From: Pirellulales bacterium
GTDB taxonomy: Bacteria > Planctomycetota > Planctomycetia > Pirellulales > JAICIG01
DNA: 64,000 bases
Direction of reading: 5' to 3'
Assembly: GCA_035533075.1 (NCBI GenBank)
Contig: DATLUO010000081.1
Span: 50,292 to 114,291, forward strand
A model generated the notes under the pieces. That model saw only the letters and a program-made list of their open reading frames with translations. It was not told the origin of the DNA and searched no databases. This document shows, piece by piece, positions 44,554 to 54,231 of this stretch. Both the position numbers and the translations under genes were made by a program. How positions within the stretch are numbered: the stretch's first letter is position 1; the number at the start of each line of letters is the position of its first letter.

Positions 44554-45600
44554 ATGTACGCCCGCTTACTCTGTTTCACTTTCGCTTCGCTCGTGGTTTG
44601 GGCCTGGAATGCGGTCCAGGCCGATGAGCCGATCGTGCCCCCCGACGCCAAGCTCGAGCTGCTCTTTACCCGTTCGGCCCCGATCACCGGCGGTCTGACT
44701 GAAGGCCCGGCGGCCGCGCCCGACGGCAGCATCTACTTCACCGACATCCCCGACGGCAAGGCAAAGGGACAGATTCTGCGGTTCGACCCGGCCAGCAAGG
44801 AGACGACGGTCTTCGCCGCCGACAGCCATAAGGCCAACGGTCTGATGTTCGACGCCGAAGGCTTTTTGATCGCCTGCGAAGGCGCCGACTATGGCGGCCG
44901 CTGCGTCTCGCGCTGGGACGTCAAGACGGGCAAGCGCGAAGTGATCGCCGATCGCTACCTGGGCAAGCGTTTCAACGCTCCCAACGATTTGTGCATCGAC
45001 CTGCGGGGACGCATTTACTTCACCGATCCGCGCTATTTGGGCGACGAGCCGCGCGAGTTGGAGCACCGTGCCGTCTACCGCATCGACCACGATAAGACGG
45101 TCATGGAAGTGACGCACGAGATCGAAAAGCCCAACGGCATCGCCCTGTCGGCCGATCAGAAGACGCTCTATGTGGCCGACAACAACAACGGCACCGACCG
45201 GATCGACCGCAGCGCTCCACCGCCGGAAAAAGGCGCCATGAAGATCCGCGCTTTTCCGTTGGGCGAAAACGGCCTGGTTTCAGGCGCTGGCCGCGTGGTC
45301 TATGATTTCGGCAAAGAATCGGGCTGCGACGGCATGACGCTCGATACCAAGGGGAATCTTTACCTGACGGCCCGCAGCTCGAAGCGGCCCGGCGTGCTGA
45401 TTCTCGATCCGAATGGGCGTGAAATCGCCTTCATTCCCACCGGTCCTTCACAGCCCGACGCCAAGGAGCCGCACGGGCTGCCGAGCAACTGCGACTTCGG
45501 CATCGGCGACGAGAGCAACGTGCTTTATATCACCGTCGACACCAGCCTCTATCGCATCCGGTTGAACGCGACGGGGTATCATATTCCGTGGAAGGAATGA
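44554..45600 (+). CDS. Secreted SMP-30/gluconolactonase/LRE-family beta-propeller protein
   Basis: Signal peptide MYARLLCFTFASLVVWAWNAVQA. GLTEGPAAAPDGSIYFTDIP, NGLMFDAEG, PNDLCIDLRGRIYFTD, PNGIALS. Confidence 0.8.
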   Translation: MYARLLCFTFASLVVWAWNAVQADEPIVPPDAKLELLFTRSAPITGGLTEGPAAAPDGSIYFTDIPDGKAKGQILRFDPASKETTVFAADSHKANGLMFDAEGFLIACEGADYGGRCVSRWDVKTGKREVIADRYLGKRFNAPNDLCIDLRGRIYFTDPRYLGDEPRELEHRAVYRIDHDKTVMEVTHEIEKPNGIALSADQKTLYVADNNNGTDRIDRSAPPPEKGAMKIRAFPLGENGLVSGAGRVVYDFGKESGCDGMTLDTKGNLYLTARSSKRPGVLILDPNGREIAFIPTGPSQPDAKEPHGLPSNCDFGIGDESNVLYITVDTSLYRIRLNATGYHIPWKE

Positions 45601-45995
45601 CCAGCACTATGCCGACAGTTTTGCCGACGAATTTGGTGCGAACGCCGGAAATATGCGGTGGCCGGCTCCGCATCGACGGCACGCGAATGACGGTAAACCA
45701 GATCGTCACCCTCCACAAGCAAGGTCTGAGTGCCAAGGACATTGTCGCGCAATATCCACGACGAACGTTGAGCGAAATCTATACTGCGTTGGCATGGTAC
45801 CATGCCAACAAAGAGCAGTTCGACAAAGAACTTGCCGCCGAAGCTGCCGACGACGAAAGAGCGCATTGTGAGGCGATCGGGGGGCATGGTTCGCGGGCTT
45901 CGGCTTCGTTATCTATCGAATGGCGAGGGCGGCTTTTAGTGCATCGTTCAGCATCTGGTGGTGGGCTGTCGACAACGCCCCAATCGTTGCCTTGA
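45597..45995 (+). CDS. DUF433 domain protein (antitoxin-like HTH), orphan
   Basis: RTPEICGGRLRIDGTRMTVNQIVTLHKQGLSAKDIVAQYPRRTLSEIYTALAWY is the DUF433 pattern. The 3' tail overlaps the convergent mazF-like gene, so the functional end may be earlier. Confidence 0.65.
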   Translation: MTSTMPTVLPTNLVRTPEICGGRLRIDGTRMTVNQIVTLHKQGLSAKDIVAQYPRRTLSEIYTALAWYHANKEQFDKELAAEAADDERAHCEAIGGHGSRASASLSIEWRGRLLVHRSASGGGLSTTPQSLP

Positions 45996-46263
45996 CGTCC
46001 GACTGCGGAACAGTGTGAAGACGTTCGCACCGGATTACCGAATTAGTGAGCAACCCCGTGGCCGCCCCTTCATGCGTTGAGATATCGATGAACACTTGGT
46101 GCGCCTTACCGGCGCGCGAGATGTTCGACGTTATCTCGGCGATCACGGTCTCTCTGATCGAGCGGTTCAACGCGTCGCACTGCACGACCACCGCGGGTCG
46201 AGTCTTGCCGCCCCGCGATCCGACGAAAGGCACGAAGAGGAGCACGATGTCGCCGCGATTCAT
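45913..46263 (-). CDS. MazF/PemK-family endoribonuclease toxin, copy 2
   Basis: MNRGDIVLLFVPFVGSRGGKTRPAVVVQCD...EITSN...IRCERL. ATGA overlap with the upstream antitoxin. Start is taken at Met17 of the track ORF. Confidence 0.75.
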   Translation of the reverse strand: MNRGDIVLLFVPFVGSRGGKTRPAVVVQCDALNRSIRETVIAEITSNISRAGKAHQVFIDISTHEGAATGLLTNSVIRCERLHTVPQSDVKATIGALSTAHHQMLNDALKAALAIR

Positions 46264-46496
46264 CGGTGCTTGTCGTATTCGTCGTAGATGTCCATCGACG
46301 GATCGAGCCAATCGCTCCCCTCAGCGGAGCGCGCCAGCACGGCGCGCAACTCGTCGTGGCTAAGCTCGTCCGCTAAAATCGCTCGAAGTCTTTCGTAGAC
46401 GTCTGCACGCACTACCACGCAGTCGATCCCGTCGATGGTCATCCCGACCGAACCGCCGGTCTCAACTGCTTCGCGTTGTGCCTTGCTGAGGGTCAT
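46260..46496 (-). CDS. Putative antitoxin of mazF-like copy 2
   Basis: 78 aa. VVVRADVYERLRAIL...SMDIYDEYD parallels the antitoxin at 9499-9753 (YVLLAAEQYERIRALL...SMDDYDRYD). Confidence 0.6.
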   Translation of the reverse strand: MTLSKAQREAVETGGSVGMTIDGIDCVVVRADVYERLRAILADELSHDELRAVLARSAEGSDWLDPSMDIYDEYDKHR

Positions 46497-46565
46497 TTGG
46501 TCTCATTCTTTCAATCAATTTCGATCGAATCAAGTCCCATAGAGTGACGCCTCAACGCATTCAAG

Positions 46566-48062
46566 CTACGCCAGCATCTCCCTCACCACATGCCCCTCCG
46601 CCACCAGCGGCAGCGGGCGGCCGAGGCGGTCGTGCAGCATCGTGCCGGCATCAACGCCGAGCAGATGATAGATCGTCGCCAAAATATCCTTGGGCGAGAC
46701 GGGGCGATCGACCACGTCGCCGCCGTGCTTGTCGGTGCGGCCGACGACGGCGCCGCGCTTGATCCCGCCGCCGGCGAACAGCCCGCCATAAGCTCGCGAC
46801 CAGTGCTCGCGGCCGCCGCCGCGTGAATTCGTGATTCGCGGCGTGCGGCCATGCTCGCTGATGCAGGCCACCAGCGTCGTGTCGAGCATGCCGCGCGACT
46901 CCAGGTCGAGCACCAGCCCGGAAAAAGCCCGATCGAGCCCCGGCAACAGTTCGTCTTTCAGCCGCGTGAAGTGGTCGAAGTGCGTGTCCCAGGCGCTGTT
47001 GGCCGTCGTATATTCATCCCAGAAGACGGTGACCAGCCGGCTGCCTGCCTCGATCAACCGCCGCGCCGCCAACGTGGCTTGGCCAAACAGCGTCATGCCG
47101 TACTGTTCGCGCAGCGCGGCGGGCTCTTGCTGGATGTCGAGCGCCGAACGGACCGCTGGGGAGGTCATCAGCGAAAAGGCCATCTGCTGAAAGCGGCCCT
47201 GCGTCTCGACCGCGGCATGCGCGTCGAGCTGGCGTCGGGCCAGGTCGAACTGCGCGAGCAGGTCGCGGCGGCGGCTCAGCCGGTCGAGCGTGATCTCCGG
47301 TTGTAGTTGGGCCGCGCGCGAGAGCACCAACCGGTCGGAGGGCGAGATGCCCAGATACGGATCGGCGACCGGCACGTCGCGCTCGCCCCGCCAACGATTG
47401 ACGACGCCGGTCGATTTGCCCTCGAACTCGGTCCACACCGGGTTATACGCCTGGCCCAGAAAGCCGCCATAAGGTCCGCCACGGGCAAACTCCCCACAGC
47501 GGCTGCTGAACTGAAACGGCAGACCCACATTGCCCGGCACCTCGCGCACCAGGCCGGGCCGGTCGCGACGCTCGAGGTAATCGAGCACGGAGCCGATGAA
47601 CGGCCAATGCCGCGAGTCGTAGGGGTTCAGCTCCATCGGGATATCGACCTGCGGCACCCCCGTGAGCGCGTAGGCGGCCGAATGGATGTTGTACGGATGG
47701 GTCATCGACCGCACCACGGCGGCCCGATCGAGCACGCGGGCCAGGTTGGGCAGATACTCGCAGACCTGCATGCCCGGCACGGCCGAGTCGATGGTTGTAA
47801 ACTCGCCGCGGATTTCGACGGGCGCGTCGGGCTTCGGATCGTAGGTTTCCAGTTGGCTCGGCGCGCCGTAAAGATAGAGCAGAATGCACGCCTTGGCCTG
47901 GCCAAAACCGGCCGCCGCCGCGGCCTCGCCGGCGTGCAGCGTTTCGTGCTTGAGAAGGTCGGCGGCCGAGAGTCCCAGCAAACTGAGTCCGCCCGCCCGC
48001 AGCAATTCGCGGCGGCTCAGGCCATCGCACAGCCGGCGGTTGGAACCCAGAATGCGGAGCAT
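46566..48062 (-). CDS. DUF1501 domain protein (sulfatase-like fold) with Tat signal
   Basis: LSRRELLRAGGLSLLGLSAA twin-arginine leader and 498 aa of typical planctomycetal DUF1501 sequence (CISEHGRTPRI...GGREHW). Confidence 0.8.
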   Translation of the reverse strand: MLRILGSNRRLCDGLSRRELLRAGGLSLLGLSAADLLKHETLHAGEAAAAAGFGQAKACILLYLYGAPSQLETYDPKPDAPVEIRGEFTTIDSAVPGMQVCEYLPNLARVLDRAAVVRSMTHPYNIHSAAYALTGVPQVDIPMELNPYDSRHWPFIGSVLDYLERRDRPGLVREVPGNVGLPFQFSSRCGEFARGGPYGGFLGQAYNPVWTEFEGKSTGVVNRWRGERDVPVADPYLGISPSDRLVLSRAAQLQPEITLDRLSRRRDLLAQFDLARRQLDAHAAVETQGRFQQMAFSLMTSPAVRSALDIQQEPAALREQYGMTLFGQATLAARRLIEAGSRLVTVFWDEYTTANSAWDTHFDHFTRLKDELLPGLDRAFSGLVLDLESRGMLDTTLVACISEHGRTPRITNSRGGGREHWSRAYGGLFAGGGIKRGAVVGRTDKHGGDVVDRPVSPKDILATIYHLLGVDAGTMLHDRLGRPLPLVAEGHVVREMLA

Positions 48063-48074
48063 ACGGAATTGCTG

Positions 48075-48521
48075 CTAGTTGTGTGCTTCTTGGACCGGAG
48101 TCTGTTGCGTCTGGTGCGCTTCGATCACGTGACCAGTTGGCGGCGTTACCGAGAGGCGCTGCCGTTCGTCGAGCGACAAACGCGCAACTTGGATAGCGGT
48201 CGGCATTTCAGCCAGTTCTAATTGCGCCAGGTCATGAGTGTATTCCTCGGCGAAGTTGCCTGCGCGTGTTTCGAGCGCGACGCAAACAGCCGCAACCGCA
48301 GGTTCATGATGAAACCTCTTTCCGGGCTGGAAGTCGCTCATGAGCGAATTGACGAATTGCCTTGTCGCGTCGTCAGCCAGTTCGCCGGTGCTCAGTGCCT
48401 GGCGAAGCTCGATGACTTCTGGCGACCGCGCCAGGTACCGTCGCACGGCGGCTGGATTCGGCAGAGAAGCCACGGTTCCGGAGAACTCCGGATCCAACAG
48501 ACGGCTCAATAGAGGTGACAT
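48075..48521 (-). CDS. Hypothetical helical protein (148 aa), coupled partner of the NlpC/P60-like gene
   Basis: ATG at 48521 lies 4 nt after the upstream stop (48526-48528). No motif recognised. GC is lower than the flanks. Confidence 0.45.
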   Translation of the reverse strand: MSPLLSRLLDPEFSGTVASLPNPAAVRRYLARSPEVIELRQALSTGELADDATRQFVNSLMSDFQPGKRFHHEPAVAAVCVALETRAGNFAEEYTHDLAQLELAEMPTAIQVARLSLDERQRLSVTPPTGHVIEAHQTQQTPVQEAHN

Positions 48522-48525
48522 GCAG

Positions 48526-49053
48526 CTACAGCCTCCGATCCGTGAGGTAACGGATCTCAAAGTTGAAGCCCCACTTGGCGAATGGTACATCGTACTCACG
48601 ATGAATTGATTCCCCCGCGGCGGAATTCCACTTGCTGATGATCATAGGGACGCGGCGGCCTTCTGCGCTCAAACCTTCAACGTGATAAGCGACTCTGCCC
48701 ACGTGCAGCAACTCGTCAGCGTCCAAGTCGACGTAGGCAGCAACATCTCCGGGCATTGGAAACACACTCTTCGGCAACCATTCATAACCGTCATCGTCAA
48801 TGATCTGCTGCCACAAACGCGGATCGAGAACGCTGGTCCGCCGGCTTGCCCAAACCATCCCAGCACAATTATACACGCCCGTGGCTGGGGTGCGTGAAAT
48901 CCAGCCGCCTCCATGTTGGGCTGCGAATCTGGCATAATCCGCGATCCCTTTTGCGTCTGGCATCAACTCGACCAGATTCGCGATCGAACGGCCGGCTTTG
49001 GTCTCGACGGCAATCGTTCTCTCGGTCCTAAAGATTTTCACCTCCTCGAACAT
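48526..49053 (-). CDS. Cytoplasmic NlpC/P60- or CHAP-like papain-fold cysteine peptidase/amidase (175 aa)
   Basis: GVYNCAGMVW (Cys nucleophile context) and PGDVAAYVDLDADELLHVGRV (His 55 aa downstream) follow the NlpC/P60 Cys...pGD...HVG order. No signal peptide. Confidence 0.5.
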   Translation of the reverse strand: MFEEVKIFRTERTIAVETKAGRSIANLVELMPDAKGIADYARFAAQHGGGWISRTPATGVYNCAGMVWASRRTSVLDPRLWQQIIDDDGYEWLPKSVFPMPGDVAAYVDLDADELLHVGRVAYHVEGLSAEGRRVPMIISKWNSAAGESIHREYDVPFAKWGFNFEIRYLTDRRL

Positions 49054-49078
49054 AGCATGCTGTCCATGACCCGATGAT

Positions 49079-50359
49079 CTACGTGAACCGCAGCAGCGCG
49101 TATTTCTTCCTGCCCGATCGAAGCACCATCACGGTCTCGCTGGCAAGGTCGGCCTCGCCAAGCTGGCGGTCGATCGACTCGATGCGGCGGTTGTTCACGT
49201 AGCCGCCGCCCTGCTCGATGGTCCGCCGCGCCTCGCCTTTGCTCTTGGCAAGACCGGCCGACACAAAGGCATCGACGATATTCAGCCCCGCCGCCAGCTT
49301 GATGCGCTCCAGCTCCTGACTCGGCACGTCGGGAAAAATCTCGCCTAGTTCCAGGTCCGACAGCTCGCCGAACTCCGCGCCAAAAAAGATCTCGGTCGCG
49401 CGGCGGGCCTTGGTCAAGCCCGCCTCGCCATGCACCAGCCGCGTGATCTCTTCGGCCAGGCGGCGCTGGCTTTCACGCCGTTCGGGCTGCTGGCCGCGGG
49501 CGGCGTCGAGCGATTCGATCTCTTCGCGGCCCAGGTCGGTGAAGTAACGCAGGCACTTGCCGGCGTCCGAGTCGTCGATGTTGATCCAGTGTTGATAGAA
49601 CTGATAGGGACTCGTCCGTTCGGGCGAAAGCCACAACGCTCCCGCCTCGGTCTTGCCCATCTTCGTGCCGTCGCTCTTGGTCAACAGCGGCGTGGTGATG
49701 CCATAAAGCTGCACGCCGCGCATCCGCCGGCCCAGGTCGATGCCGGCCGTAATGTTGCCCCACTGGTCGCTGCCGCCCACCTGCAGTTCGCAACCATGAT
49801 GGTCGTGCAAATGCACAAAGTCGTATGCCTGCAAAAGCATGTAACTGAATTCCGTGTAGCTCAGCCCGATGTCGCTCCGTTCGAGCCGTGCCCGCACCGA
49901 GTCCTTGGTGAGCATCACATTGACCGGAAAGTTCTTCCCCACGTCGCGCAAAAAGTCCAGAAAGCTGTAGCGGCTGATCCAGTCGTAGTTGTTCACCAAC
50001 AGGGCCGAGCCGGTCCCGCGATGAAAGTCGAGAAACGACGCCATCTGCGTCTCGATCGTGGCCACGTTGGCCCGCAGCTCTTCCAGCGACAGCAGCTTCC
50101 GCTCTTCGCTCTTGCCGCTAGGGTCGCCGATCATGCCGGTGGCCCCGCCCACGACCGCAATCGGCCGGTGCCCCGCCTGCTGAAAGCGGCGCAAGATCAT
50201 CAGCGCCACCAGGTGCCCCACGTGCAGGCTGTCGGCCGTGGGATCGAAGCCGGCGTAAAGCGTGCGCGGCTTTTCGCGCAGCCAGCCGGGCAGTTTTTCG
50301 TCGTCGGTCGTCTGGTGAATCAGTCCGCGCCAGCGCAGCTCGTCGAAGATGTCGGTCAC
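49079..50359 (-). CDS. tyrS: Tyrosine--tRNA ligase
   Basis: HVGHLV (HIGH), KMGKTE (KMSKS), and a C-terminal S4 domain. Confidence 0.95.
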   Translation of the reverse strand: MTDIFDELRWRGLIHQTTDDEKLPGWLREKPRTLYAGFDPTADSLHVGHLVALMILRRFQQAGHRPIAVVGGATGMIGDPSGKSEERKLLSLEELRANVATIETQMASFLDFHRGTGSALLVNNYDWISRYSFLDFLRDVGKNFPVNVMLTKDSVRARLERSDIGLSYTEFSYMLLQAYDFVHLHDHHGCELQVGGSDQWGNITAGIDLGRRMRGVQLYGITTPLLTKSDGTKMGKTEAGALWLSPERTSPYQFYQHWINIDDSDAGKCLRYFTDLGREEIESLDAARGQQPERRESQRRLAEEITRLVHGEAGLTKARRATEIFFGAEFGELSDLELGEIFPDVPSQELERIKLAAGLNIVDAFVSAGLAKSKGEARRTIEQGGGYVNNRRIESIDRQLGEADLASETVMVLRSGRKKYALLRFT

Positions 50360-50360
50360 G

Positions 50361-51098
50361 TCATCTCCACATGTTATCGTCGGCGAAGGGATGCCCGGCC
50401 CCTTTGAACTTCGGCTTGGGCATCGCCCTCAGCGCCTGCTCGGCCAGCCGCAGGTCTTCTTGCGTGGTGATTTTCATGTTGATGGGCGAGCCTGGCACGA
50501 CCGTCACGGGATGCCCAATCCGCTCGACGAGCTGGGCGTCGTCCGTGGCCTGAAACGATCCCCGCTTGGCGTAGGCGTCGAGCAAAAGCTGCCGCCGAAA
50601 CACCTGCGGCGTCTGGGCCTCCCACAGCCCTTCGCGAGAGACCGTTTCTTCGATGGTCTGGCCTTTCACCCGTTTCAGCGTGGCCGCGACGGGCAAGGCC
50701 AGGATGGCGGCCCCGCTTTTTTCGGCCGCCTCGAACACGCGGGTGATCCATTCGTCGGCCAGGCAGGGCCGAGCGGCGTCGTGTACGGCGATGAAATCGA
50801 CGTCGGCCTTCACGCGGGCCATCGCTCGTTCGATCGAATCGGCCCGCTCCTTGCCGCCTTCGACCACCTCGATGCCCAAAACGACCACGTTCGACGAGAA
50901 CTTGAAGTCGAAGTCTTCGCGGTCGGCGGCGGAAATCACCACGATGAGCTGCTTCACATCCTGGCGGTGCAAGAAGCGTTCGGCCGAATGCAGCCACACG
51001 GCCCGATCGGCCAGTGGGGCGAACGGCTTCTTGTAGTTTTTGTCTTTGAAACGGCTGCTCGCCCCGGCAGCGGGTAAAATCACAGCAAACTTGGCCAT
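50361..51098 (-). CDS. ispD: 2-C-methyl-D-erythritol 4-phosphate cytidylyltransferase
   Basis: MAKFAVILPAAGASSRF...IAVHDAARPC...VSREGLWEAQTPQVF. Start is taken at Met53 of the track ORF. Confidence 0.85.
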   Translation of the reverse strand: MAKFAVILPAAGASSRFKDKNYKKPFAPLADRAVWLHSAERFLHRQDVKQLIVVISAADREDFDFKFSSNVVVLGIEVVEGGKERADSIERAMARVKADVDFIAVHDAARPCLADEWITRVFEAAEKSGAAILALPVAATLKRVKGQTIEETVSREGLWEAQTPQVFRRQLLLDAYAKRGSFQATDDAQLVERIGHPVTVVPGSPINMKITTQEDLRLAEQALRAMPKPKFKGAGHPFADDNMWR

Positions 51099-51204
51099 TA
51101 TGACGCTCCTTGGCACAATACGCGGTGATCCATTGTTCCCGCTGGAGCATCGCCGCTCAAGAGCGCCTGGGAGCAGTCCCAGGCGAGCGGGAACCGGCTC
51201 GCAT

Positions 51205-51294
51205 CTGTAGGGAACGGACTCCGTGCCGTTCCGCGCGCACCGAACGATCATCAATCGGGATTCGGCGGAACGGCACGGAGTCCGTTCCCTACAG
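51205..51294. repeat. Perfect 30-bp inverted repeat (30-nt spacer), each arm itself a 7-bp hairpin
   Basis: ctgtagggaacggactccgtgccgttccgc (51205-51234) is the exact reverse complement of 51265-51294. Each arm has internal ggaacgg/ccgttcc. Lies between the PP2C stop and the ispD start. Confidence 0.95.
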
Positions 51295-51321
51295 ACTCTT
51301 GCCCGCTCGGCGTCCGGCGAC

Positions 51322-52260
51322 CTACTCCGGGAGTTCCACCGTGTCGGTCAACGAGCTGCCGTTGGCCCGTCCGTTGCCATCGCTGCCGGCGATGAATTTG
51401 GCCACGACGACGGTGCAGTTGTCGTCGCCGCCCGCGTTGTTGGCTCCGCCCACGAGCCGCCGGCATAGGTCGGCGGCCGGCTCCGGCCCGCTCAGGATTT
51501 CGGTGATCCGCCCGTCGTCCAGCTCCTTGGTCAAGCCGTCGGTGCAGAGCAGCAACACGTCGCCCAGCGCCAGTTCCAGCTTGTGCGCCTCTCCCTTGAC
51601 CGAGTCGGAGCTGCCGCCGATCGCATTCCACAACACATGGCTGAACCGAGAACGGCTGGCCTGCTCCGCCGGAATCATGCCCGCCTCGACAAATTTCTGG
51701 GCCAGCGTGTGGTCCGTCGTCACCTGTTGCAGTTGGCCGTCGCGCAGCAGGTAACAACGACTATCGCCGGCGTGCATCACGTAGGCGTTCGGCCAAGCGA
51801 CGTAGGCCAAGGTCAGCGTGGTCCCCATGCCGCGGCGCTCAGGCCGGCTCTCGCCCTCGGCGTGGACTTGCTGGTCGCATTGCCGCAGGGCCTGCTGCCA
51901 TTCGGCAAACACCTGTTCGTCGTCGCAGTCGTCGAGCCGGGCACACCAGTGCATGGCGTTCACCGCGAAATGGGCCAGGCAATCGACGGCCAGCGTGCTG
52001 GCCCGTTCGCCCGAAGCGTGCCCACCCAGGCCGTCGGCCACCAACAGCAATTGGCCGTGCGTTCCGCCCGTCAAATACGCGGGATCGGCAGCGGGCAGGC
52101 TGGTATGGTGGACCTGCAGCGATTTTCGCAGGTCGGCCACCAGGAACTGGTCTTCGTTCATGTCGCGGACGATGCCGCGGTCGGTCATGCCGAAGCAGTC
52201 GATTTTACCCGGCGGCGATTGACGGTGGGCCTGGGGAACGTTGAAGGTATCAAGAATCAT
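51322..52260 (-). CDS. PP2C-family Ser/Thr protein phosphatase
   Basis: GMTDRGIVRDMNEDQF, LLLVADGLGGHASGERAS, LLCTDGL and GGDDNCTVVV motifs. Confidence 0.85.
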   Translation of the reverse strand: MILDTFNVPQAHRQSPPGKIDCFGMTDRGIVRDMNEDQFLVADLRKSLQVHHTSLPAADPAYLTGGTHGQLLLVADGLGGHASGERASTLAVDCLAHFAVNAMHWCARLDDCDDEQVFAEWQQALRQCDQQVHAEGESRPERRGMGTTLTLAYVAWPNAYVMHAGDSRCYLLRDGQLQQVTTDHTLAQKFVEAGMIPAEQASRSRFSHVLWNAIGGSSDSVKGEAHKLELALGDVLLLCTDGLTKELDDGRITEILSGPEPAADLCRRLVGGANNAGGDDNCTVVVAKFIAGSDGNGRANGSSLTDTVELPE

Positions 52261-52777
52261 AACGTAGCGGTCGTTTCGGCCCTGGCAGTAGAACAAAGCA
52301 GAGGTGCAATTCGCGTGCCTCAGCTTCGGCACGCTGATTGCAATTCCACACTTCCACAATCATTCGCATCGACAGGCAAAAAGGAAATGAGCAATCCGCC
52401 CATCATCAAGAGCCTGATCTTAGGGGCAGTGCTGCTGCCGCACAACGTTAGCTTTCGATACGATGTGCCGACCAGGGAACGGCCATCCATCCCAGCCCCA
52501 TCCGTCCCAGCCAAGGTGCCGGCCGGTGAGTTTTCGGCCGGCATCCGTGCTTCGATAAACGCACGGCTGCGGCCAAATCGCAGCGGGCGGCCTGTGCGCG
52601 GCGACTTTCCCGAATATCGCCCCGGCGCCCGTGCCAGCGGGGCGGAGACCTTTTGGCGGTGACCACTGGCACCCCACGCCCGGCCTTTGCGGGAACAATC
52701 TGGTCGTTGCCCGGCCAGCATTAGATCGGGCAAAACCGCTCTTGCCCGAGTTCCGCAGCCGAGCGTACTATGGTTGA

Positions 52778-53644
52778 ATGACCTGCGACGAACCCTCCAC
52801 TCTCAGCGTGGCCGAAGCCCGACAACTTCTGCTGCAATGGGCCGAAGCGTGCGCCCAGGGCACGGCCCGCGACCGTATCGAGCTGGTCGAGCGGCTTTTG
52901 GGCAAAAGCACGTGCCGGCGGCTGGGCATCTACCGCGTGCCCGACGATTTCCTGCTTTCGGTCGTCATCCCCGTCTACAACGAAGTGCGGACGATCGAGG
53001 AAGTGGTGGCCCGCGTGCGCGGTTCGGGCGTGCCGGTGCAGGTCATCATCGTCGACGACGGCAGCACCGATGGCACGCGCGAGTTGCTCAACGGGTGGAA
53101 AGGCGCCGCCGACCTGACGATCGTGATGCACGAAACGAACCAGGGCAAAGGCTCGGCCTTGCGCACCGGATTCAGCCATGCCAAGGGCGACGTGGTGATC
53201 GTGCAAGACGCCGACCTGGAGTACGACCCGGCCGAGTTCGAGAAGCTGATTCAGCCGATCATCGAAGACGAGGCCGACGTGGTGTTCGGCAGCCGCTTTG
53301 CCGGCGACAATCAGCGTGTGCTGTACTTCTGGCACTCGGTGGGCAACAAGCTGCTGACGTTCGTCTCCAATTGCATGACGAACCTGAACCTCACCGACAT
53401 GGAAACGTGTTACAAAGCGTTTCGCCGCGAGGTGATTCAGCGCATCGCCCCCACGTTGCGCGAGCAGCGGTTCGGCATCGAGCCGGAATTGACGGCCAAA
53501 GTGGCCAAGATGCCCGGCGTCCGCATTTACGAACGGCCGATCAGCTATCGCGGCCGCACCTATGCCGAAGGCAAGAAGATTACCTGGCGCGACGGCTTTC
53601 GGGCATTCTATTGCATCCTGCGGTATTCGCTCTTTGACCGCTAA
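52778..53644 (+). CDS. Family 2 glycosyltransferase (DPM1/polyprenol-phosphate glycosyltransferase-like)
   Basis: LSVVIPVYNE, IIVDDGSTDGT, VQDADLEYDP. Confidence 0.85.
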   Translation: MTCDEPSTLSVAEARQLLLQWAEACAQGTARDRIELVERLLGKSTCRRLGIYRVPDDFLLSVVIPVYNEVRTIEEVVARVRGSGVPVQVIIVDDGSTDGTRELLNGWKGAADLTIVMHETNQGKGSALRTGFSHAKGDVVIVQDADLEYDPAEFEKLIQPIIEDEADVVFGSRFAGDNQRVLYFWHSVGNKLLTFVSNCMTNLNLTDMETCYKAFRREVIQRIAPTLREQRFGIEPELTAKVAKMPGVRIYERPISYRGRTYAEGKKITWRDGFRAFYCILRYSLFDR

Positions 53645-54030
53645 CTGATTCCCACACGGTCGACGAACTCACAGCCAACAAGCACGCCTCCGCCGTTGGT
53701 GCATGCCACCTGACGCACGATGCGGGCCGCCACATAGGTGAGTTGCGGAGCTCGACCCAGGCCGATAATCACTTTGGCGAAATTCGCCCGTTGCGGCCAA
53801 TAGAAGGCCAGCCCCGAGCTGGATAGATCGCGGCACTCCACCGGCACGAACTGCTCCGCCTTGGGCATTTTGCGAACAAACGGCGCCATCCACTGCTGCA
53901 CGGGGAACTTTTGTCGCGGGCTGCGTCGTCGCTCCGGTCGTCCGCCGTCGCGTTCGAGATTCTCCACGATCTTCTCCAGCAGATCGGGATTCAGCTCGTA
54001 GAAGGCTTCGGTCTGGTCAACGGCATTCAT
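53641..54030 (-). CDS. PilZ domain protein
   Basis: RRRSPRQKF (RxxxR) followed by CRDLSSSGLAF (DxSxxG). Confidence 0.7.
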   Translation of the reverse strand: MNAVDQTEAFYELNPDLLEKIVENLERDGGRPERRRSPRQKFPVQQWMAPFVRKMPKAEQFVPVECRDLSSSGLAFYWPQRANFAKVIIGLGRAPQLTYVAARIVRQVACTNGGGVLVGCEFVDRVGIS

Positions 54031-54231
54031 AACGTTCGACTCTGCGCCAGCTCGGCTTTCGCTCTCTCTCCGGGAGAGGTCAGGTGCGGGGCCGTTTCCC
54101 TCTCTGGCAAGACTAGCTTTCTTTCACCGGCGGTGTTTGCGTCGCCAGCACCGGGGTTCCTGCCGGATGTAACGGATGTAACGATGGTATTGATGGAGAC
54201 CATGGCGAGTGTTAGCGTGGTTTCTTTGACG

